Of a stretch of 64,000 nucleotides of DNA, positions 55,290 to 64,000 are shown piece by piece; position 1 is the first letter of the stretch, and the number at the start of each line of letters is the position of its first letter. The translations under genes and the position numbers were made by a program. The stretch is from the human T2T-CHM13v2.0 reference genome, Homo sapiens. Below the pieces are notes generated by a model that saw only the letters and a list, made by a program, of their open reading frames with translations, had not been told where the DNA came from and searched no databases. The stretch is taken from the NCBI RefSeq assembly GCF_009914755.1, contig NC_060927.1; one strand, given 5' to 3'.

Positions 55290-56124
55290 TGACATGCACA
55301 TACCCGTACACACACCCACACACACAGACAAGCAAACCTTTATATTTACTTTACTGCAAAACTTGATTTGTTTTTGCCAAATATAAATAGAATAATTCTG
55401 TATGTTTAAATATACCTTTTATAAAAGTATCATGGATTTTATTAAATGAGTCTCACAATTTATTTAATTATTTTCTGTCATTAGATACTTGGGTTCTTCT
55501 CTCATTCCATTTTTCCAATATGGTGTTGTAAATAAGACTACAATAAACATTCTTGTTTCTATCTGATTGTTTTTAAGAGCAAATCTTTAGAAGTAGATTT
55601 CCTGGGTTAACTGGTTTGAATATTTTAATAATATTGATGGTGAGCGCAAAAAAGGGAGGGGTGGAGCAATGAAAAAAAACACTAAACAGGGCTTTCCACA
55701 CACCCAGAGTTGAATCCTTCATCATCCAATAGCTTAACCCAACTTTATCCTTCGGTAAATGGTGTTATATTGGCTTTAAAGAATTGATATAAAAATTAAA
55801 TAAGGTATCTTATGTAAAGTGCCTACTGTATTGCTGGCCTCTAGGAGAAACTCAAAGGAGGTTAGCTCAATTTATACTAAGGGTACTTAACACAGACCAC
55901 AACAGTGTTTGTCCAAACATAAGTAACCCTTAATGATGGGACTTCAGGTATTATGGAGGCCAGTAGGAAGCCTATTGCTTTTTTCTTCTCATTCTCAACT
56001 TCCCTATCTTTCCTCCCAGTCCCCAATCCCAGAAACCAAAGTATTTGTCTTTCTCTGCTGTGACTCTTGGAAGATTAAGACTTTCTCTTAAATTCCCTAC
56101 CTCTAATATGAGAAGAAGCAGCCA

Positions 56125-56360
56125 ATAAGCTGTTTAGTGTGGGATTCATAGCACAGCACTACCTGGGACCAAATCCCCACTTGCCCACCCTGAAGTTTTG
56201 CCACCTTGGGCAGGTTAATTTACTGTTCTATGCTCAGTTCCTTCCCCTTGTAAAAGAGGAATGAAAATAAGTCTGTAGATGACAAGAAGAAATTAACATA
56301 GCCAAAGCACTCACTACACTCCCTGGCACAGGGTTAGCACACAGCAAAATGTCAGCTATT
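56125..56360 (+). mobile_element. MIR SINE
   Basis: accttggggcaggttaatttac...ctcagttcc...tgtaaaag...cctggcaca. Confidence 0.65.
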
Positions 56361-57460
56361 GCCATTCCACCACCCTCACTAAAGTAAGCTCTGTAAGAAC
56401 ATTTTGACTATCTTGTTCACTGCCAATTTCTTCATTGCCTAGGCCAGTGCCTGCCATGCAGTGGGCACTCAGTATTTGTTAAGCAAATGAACAGTTCTCT
56501 GGACCCCTTCATTACCAAAGCATGACTGCAGATGCTGTTTGTGCCACTTATGTGTTGTTGCTGTTGTTTTTCACTCATGACAGAGCCATTCCAGAGTTTG
56601 CTCCTAACTTCTTTCTCTGTGGGAGAAAATGCTACCGTTTCTTGGGCATACATATTTAATGTGACATTAGCTGCAGAAGCACATTCCTTTAGTGCATTAG
56701 AAGTCCCTCCTGTGTTTGCACGATCTGGAAGGCACTTGCTCCATGCAACAAGTATTTATGAATTTGAAACACATGGTGCAATGGCGCAGGCATCTTGCTG
56801 TGTAGCATCATGTGGGAGGGAAATCTGCAGCCAGCGGACACTTGCCTTCAAGAAAAGTAGTTACACACATACACATACAGCCCAGATCCTGTCCTTTCAG
56901 CTAGACCCTAGTCTAGTGGGAGGCATTTCTTGCCCTGAATCATGAGTGGTGCAAAAGATGATGCGAGCAGGAAGACAGCAGCAGAAAGAATTTATTGGAA
57001 GGTGATGATGCTGAGCAACATCTCGGCTCACTTCAGCTCAACAAACTCTACAAACTCTTTATTGAGTACACGCCATATGCCTGGCATGGGGCTGGATATC
57101 AGGAAAAAGATACGAACAAGACACAGGGAAAATGAATTGACCACAAGCCTCTCAATGGAAGGACTATGTGTCTTCTCCCAGAGCCGTCACAGGGTCCAGA
57201 GTACAGCAGTCAGTAAATGTTGAATCAGTGTATGATTGGAAAATGAGAGCTCGGCTGCAGCTGCATTCTATATGCTCCCTAAGGTGTTTGAGTAGAAGGA
57301 CCATCTGTTTTCAAGGGGGTGTGGATGGAGCATACCCACAGAGATTCCTACAGTATCAGGCTCTTAAAAATGACCTTGGATTACAGAGAGTCATTTTTCT
57401 GCCAAAAATAATTGAGATAGATGGCTTCCCTTGAGAATAGAAAACTCGAATTGGGGGCTG

Positions 57461-57970
57461 TATGGTAGGCAGAATGATACCCACCTCCCCCAATACTCCT
57501 AACAAATGTCCATGTCTCAATTCCTGGAACCTGTGAATATTTAGTTTATATCTGTAAAAGGATCATTGCAGATGTGATTAAATTAAGGAATTTGATGTGA
57601 GGGATTCTCCCAGATCATCAGGTGGACCCAATATCATGACAAGAGGCCTTATAAGAGGGAGGCAGAAATGTCAGATTCAGAAAAAGGGATGTGGTGATGG
57701 AAGCAGAGAGAATGTGATTGAAAGATGCCATGCTGCTGGCATCTTTTGAAGATGGAGGAAGGGGCCATGAGCCAAGGAATGCAGGTGGACTAGAATAGCT
57801 GGAAAAAGCCAGTGAACTGATTCCCCACTAGAGCCTCCAGAAAAAAAAAACACAGCTCTGCCAACACCTTGGTTTTAGGATTTCTGACCTCCAGAACTGT
57901 AAGAGAATAAATTTTTGAAAATCTATTAATTTTTAATAATTTGTTAAAATAGTAATAGGAAACAAATACA
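57461..57970 (+). mobile_element. MLT1D solo LTR
   Basis: ggtaggcagaat...cctggaacctgtgaatat...gagccaaggaatgcagg...aataggaaacaaataca. Confidence 0.92.
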
Positions 57971-58379
57971 GATTTTCCTGGAAAACATGGGAATCACACT
58001 GATTATTTCACATATGTGTCAAATTGTTTTACACAGGAAGAGGTCTGTTTAGGAAGGGCTCCTGGGAGGATGGGGCATCTAAGCTCAGCCAGAAAGAATG
58101 GACTGGGTTTCAAAGGGCAAAGACTGGAATGAGGATGAGAGGATTTTATAATGGGATGAGAAGCAGAGAAGGAAATTTGCCAACAACAGAGAGGGAAATA
58201 CACATCTTTCTCATTGAATAGATGCAGGGATCTTGCTGAGGAGTGGGGTAGGAAGGAGAGGAGGGTAAAATATGCACCTGGAAAGATGAGTTGGGAATAA
58301 TTACTGAGGTCCCTAAGTGCCAGGTCAGTTTTGTAGTTTTAGTAATAACTTCCCTCATTCTCTGTGGAACTCTCCCAGT

Positions 58380-59705
58380 CTTTTTCTCATTGTTCCACCA
58401 CACTGCTCTTACTCAGGCTACCAGTGACTTCCTGTCACCAGATGTACTGGTTAATGCTCATGTAACTTGACCTCAAGGTCTGTCAACAGCATTAGACACA
58501 GTGGATCACTCCTGTATTGAAATGTTTTATGCCATTAGCATCTGGGACACCACACTCTCCTAAATTTCTTCCTGCTCCCAGGCAATCCCTTCTCATTCAC
58601 TTTTGTTGGTTCCTTGTCACCCTGATGATGCCTCAGGGATCAGTTCCTGGCTCTCTCTTCTCTTCTATCTACACTCATGGTCTGAGGAAACTCATAGATG
58701 TTTCAGGATTTGACTACACCTTGATGACTTTCAGAATTTATTTCCAGCAAAGACTTCTACCTGAAAGTCTGGTTCATGTACTCCATTACCCACTGGGTAT
58801 CTCTACTTGAATATTTAAAAGGCTTTTCAAATTCAACATGCCTCCAACCAAATTCCTTATTTCCACCCAAACATTGCTCCTCCCACATGTTTCCCATCTC
58901 AGTGACCTACCCTATTTTTCCATTTGCTCATGGCCAAAGCCCAGGAGCCATTGTTGGCCCCTCCCTCCCTTATACCCCACATCAATTCACCAGCACACTT
59001 TTTCAGCTCTACCTTTAAAATATAGCCAGAATTCTGTAACTTTTTGTGATCTTTGTTCCTACATTTGTCGTCCAAGCCCCCATGAGTTTTTGCCTGGGCT
59101 GTTATAATAGACTCTTAGTTTTTCTCCTGCTTCTTAGTCTTTTCTCCATGAAGTAGTCAGTGATTCTCCTAGAACACTTCAGTGAGTGTTATGCTCAGAG
59201 TTCTCTGATACATGTCGTACTTACTCAAATAAAACTCGAAGACCTTACATTGGCTTACAATGTCTTACGTAGACCTTACATTGGCTTACAATGTCTTACG
59301 TAGCAATATCTAATTATCTGCTGTCACCACTTAACTCTTCACCTTGCTTAATCTGCTACAACCACACAGTCCAGTGTGGCACACCAAGACTTCATGTTTC
59401 CTACACAGTTCCCTCTGCCTGGAATGCTCTTCTTTCAGCCATCCACCTCACTTCCCCCTTCCTTCATTCAGACATCTTCTCATATGTCACCTTCCCTGAC
59501 CACCCTAAATAAAGTAGCGCTGTCTGCCAATATTTCCTTACTGCATGTAATTTTTTTTCATAGCACTGTTATCACCGGATGTTTAGTTGTGCTTTACTAT
59601 TTTCTCTTCCCACCGGAATGTAATCTCCCTGACAGCAAGGACTTTCGTTCATTACTTATCTCCAGGGTCTAGGTACTTAGTACATGTTAGAATGAATGAA
59701 TGACT
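58380..59705 (+). mobile_element. L2a 3' region
   Basis: cctcagggatcagttcctgg...ctcttctcttctatctacac...gttccctctgcctggaatgctct...gaatgaatgaatga tail. Confidence 0.85.
59240..59303 (+). repeat. Perfect 31-bp tandem duplication
   Basis: agaccttacattggcttacaatgtcttacgt x2. Confidence 0.97.
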
Positions 59706-60155
59706 GATGATAATAAAAAGTGACCATTCATTCACTATCTTCAGTGTGCCAGAGACAGGATTAGATGCTTTGGTGTACTTTCATTTTCTCATTTCATTCT
59801 TATATCAAACCTGAAAAGTAGGTAATAACAGTCCTATTGTGTACATGAACATACATTTCATTGGACATGGGAAGCCACCAAATGTTTCTGCACAAGGAAG
59901 TGATAAATTCACTTTAGGAAAAGGCAACCCAGGCTTCTGGACAGAGAGGGCAGGTCTGGAGACAAGGAACATATGGTCACATCATTACCTTACTCTGGGA
60001 ACAGAGGATGAGGTCCTAAACCAAATCATGTGAAAGGAGGAGAGAGTGGACACAGTGAGATTAACAGGATATAGAAGTCCAGTGTTCAGAGACATGCTTC
60101 TATAAGGCAGGGGGTGGGGGGTAGATTGCCACAGAAACAGGAATCCCCGGGGAAA

Positions 60156-60437
<282 letters not shown>

Positions 60438-61835
60438 CCAGGGGGAAAATTTGATTTGAGCTTGGTTTGAGATAGGTTGAGTTTGCAGACCCAGAGGACC
60501 ATCTAGGTAAACATCGGCAGAACACAGAGGAACAGGCTCTGAAGCTCAAGAAGGGGTGGAAGGTGGAGATGCAGATTTGTGGGTTATCTGGGTATTGGAC
60601 AGAGGTACCTGCTAAGGGGTGATTAGGAGTGAGGAGCAGGAGCGAAACCATGGAGGTCAGGCTAACCAGACTACGCTGGTCCTGTCCTCGTGATTAGGAA
60701 TTTGGGCTTCATTGCTGGGCCACTGGAGGGTTAGAAACAACATCACTCTGGATGCTCACTGGAGGGGATGAGAGCACAGTCTAAGAGACCAGCCAGCAGG
60801 TTGCTGCACAAACCCAGACCATGAGAGTGCAGAGCAGAAACCTCCTGAAGCAGCAGTGGAAGAGGTATCCTTTCAGATCCATCCTCCAGGTGGATGTTCC
60901 TCTCAAGTGCCTGCTTTAAATAACCTCCCTCTGAGAACTGTAATTAACACGTTTTCTTAGATGAAGCTGAGCAGGCTGCCTCCATTAGCCAGGGGAGGAT
61001 CAGACAGCACCTGAGGCTGTCTGGGGTCTCAGGACCCAGGGAGTGGCTGATATTTGGCTCTGCTCTGTCTGGAGGCCCCTGTGGGACACTTGGGCTCCAC
61101 ACCTGAGGATGGGCTCTGTCCTGAGACCAGCCATCTCACCATCTGCTTCTTTAAGTCTCAACACTGGAAGGTGAGCTAAAGGGTTGTTTTAGAGCCTAGC
61201 AGACGTGCAAAGTGTGAGAGTTGCTGTGCAAATGCCCTTCTTGGCCCATCAGTGGAAGGTAAGAAAAGGAGGTGAGGACAAAAGGGAGGGAGGGAGCCAG
61301 CATGCTTCTTCAGAAAATGGCTGGGTCACCAGGTAGGGCTGTGCTTGGGAAGGACCTCTAACTGGGTGAAGTAGAGTCTGAACGAGGGAAGTCAGATGCA
61401 ATCTCTATGATTATAGGGAGAAGCACATTTTTCGAAAAGCTACTTCCTGCCTGGAAATGAGGAGTCTGCAAATCCTAGAGAGGCCATTGAGGGTGCGGCA
61501 GAGAGCGCTGAGCTGGGAGTAATAGACTGTCACTCCTTCTGGCTCCTTCACTAGCTTGGGCCCTCCTCCCATTCATTCATCAGAGACAGATGAATTCCTG
61601 CTGTGTGTTGGAAAATGAAGGGGGAATAAAGGCAAGGCCTGGATGCCACACTGAAGCATCCCCAAATCTAATAGGGAAGAAAGAAAATTAAAGAGAAAAA
61701 CTGCATTTTGGGACATGTCATCATGTCTTTTTGCTCTGAGGACAAAAGCAGATGGTATCTGAGGATGGCCAGAAACAGCTTCCTGCAGGAGCTTCTGGCT
61801 GACTAGAGTTGAAATGATACATAAGAGTCAGATAG

Positions 61836-62702
<867 letters not shown>

Positions 62703-63539
62703 AAGGGAATCACAAGAAAAGCCATGGGGATGAGACGAACCATGGATTAGGTGAGGAGCTGGAAGCAGTTTGCTTTTGGGACGAAAGGTACAATTCAGAT
62801 AAATGGAAAGACAGGTAAGGCCAGATCAGGGAAGGCATTGTGTACTCATTGAAAGAGCCTGGACTACATCTTGTGGGTGATGGGGAGGCCAACAGGGACT
62901 TGTGCGTGAGTTGGAAAGATCATGCTGGCTGTCACATGGAGGGAGTAAAACTTGAGACAGGAAGACCTGCAAGGAGGCTGCCACCATCATCTGGGTTAGA
63001 GCCAAAGGCGTTCTCCCCTGGGGATGGGAAAGCCTGAGCATGGACACATGTCATATCTAGGAAGTGACAGGCCTTGAGAGCTAAATGATCATGAAATAGG
63101 AAGAATGGGGAAAGTTGAGGGAGATTTCCTTTTTTCTAGCTGGATGTCTGGGTAGATGGAAGTGCCATTAATTGAGACTGAGGTCCTAGAGAGGAGCAGA
63201 GTGGGGTAGACATGGTGAGTCTGTTTTGAATATACGTACTTTGAGGGGCTTCTAGATTATCTAAATGGATCAACCCAGCAGGCATTCTGAGGCCCAAGAG
63301 AAACTTCTGAATTGAAGATAAGAACCAGCAAACCCTGGCTGAAGAATGCGTAATTCTTACTTGGGGCTTAAAGTGACCATGGCTATTAATGGTGGGGTTT
63401 TGCCTGCTTAGAGGTATATCCTATTTTAGGGTTGATTAGAAAGTAGCGAGGGGGAGAATAACCAGCCTTTGCTGTGCACCAACAATGTGTTCAGAACTGT
63501 CCTGGTTTCTTTCACAGTTATTATTTAAAGACTTCACAA

Positions 63540-63710
63540 CAATATTGAGGGCTTATTATTGGTCAGACACTCTTCTAAGAATTTTATGGGTGTTAAATCA
63601 TTTGATTCTCACAATGAAACTATAAAGCAGGTAGTATTAAAGAAACTGAGGCACAGGGAGATGAGGCAATCTGCCTAAGATCTTAGAAGTGGCAAAGTTG
63701 GAAGGCAGTT
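63540..63710 (-). mobile_element. MIR SINE
   Basis: ttgattctcacaa...gaaactgaggcacagggag. Confidence 0.75.
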
Positions 63711-64000
63711 AGTCTATTTACAGATAATGACCTGTCTATTGTGTCCAAGGTTACAGTGCAATAAATGATAGAGGCAGGATGTGAGCTCATTTCTTTATAT
63801 CTACTCAGACAAAATAAGCTGAGGTTTGAGGAGGTAGCTTCCTGGGTTTTGCTTATGGAACCAAGGGAAAAAGAGAAGAAGAGTAAAGAAAGACCACATA
63901 AGCACAAAATCAGACACTTCAACAGCTTTGGGACTCAGGTCTCAGGTGAACCTTCTCAGCCTTCCTCAGAGAAACTGCCCCTGCCCTTGCAGGCAGGGCC

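Overview
Primate (human-like) non-coding genomic DNA, intergenic or deep intronic. I see no supportable protein-coding exon, RNA gene or CpG-island promoter. The window is dominated by interspersed repeats: about 14 Alus (J/S/Y), a 7.6-kb nested L1 stack at 17.6-25.2 kb, many L2/MIR relics, MaLR/ERVL solo LTRs and hAT/Tigger/mariner MITEs. Subfamily names come from recalled consensus sequences and repeat boundaries are approximate. All recognisable ORF-track peptides are Alu/L1 or low-complexity artefacts. The most unusual signal is structural: four separate 140-410 bp insertions that are diverged copies of DNA lying about 1-3 kb away (2838<-4202 direct; 22314<-23073+21112 inverted, splitting an AluJ; 29153<-30278 inverted, inside AT-only filler; 47322<-44580 direct, splitting an LTR end). 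None has a poly(A) tail and two show junction microhomology, so they look like fossil locally templated repair insertions. Also present: a twin-primed L1 inversion, a candidate ancient L1 3' transduction, a tail-less Alu and two perfect recent tandem duplications.
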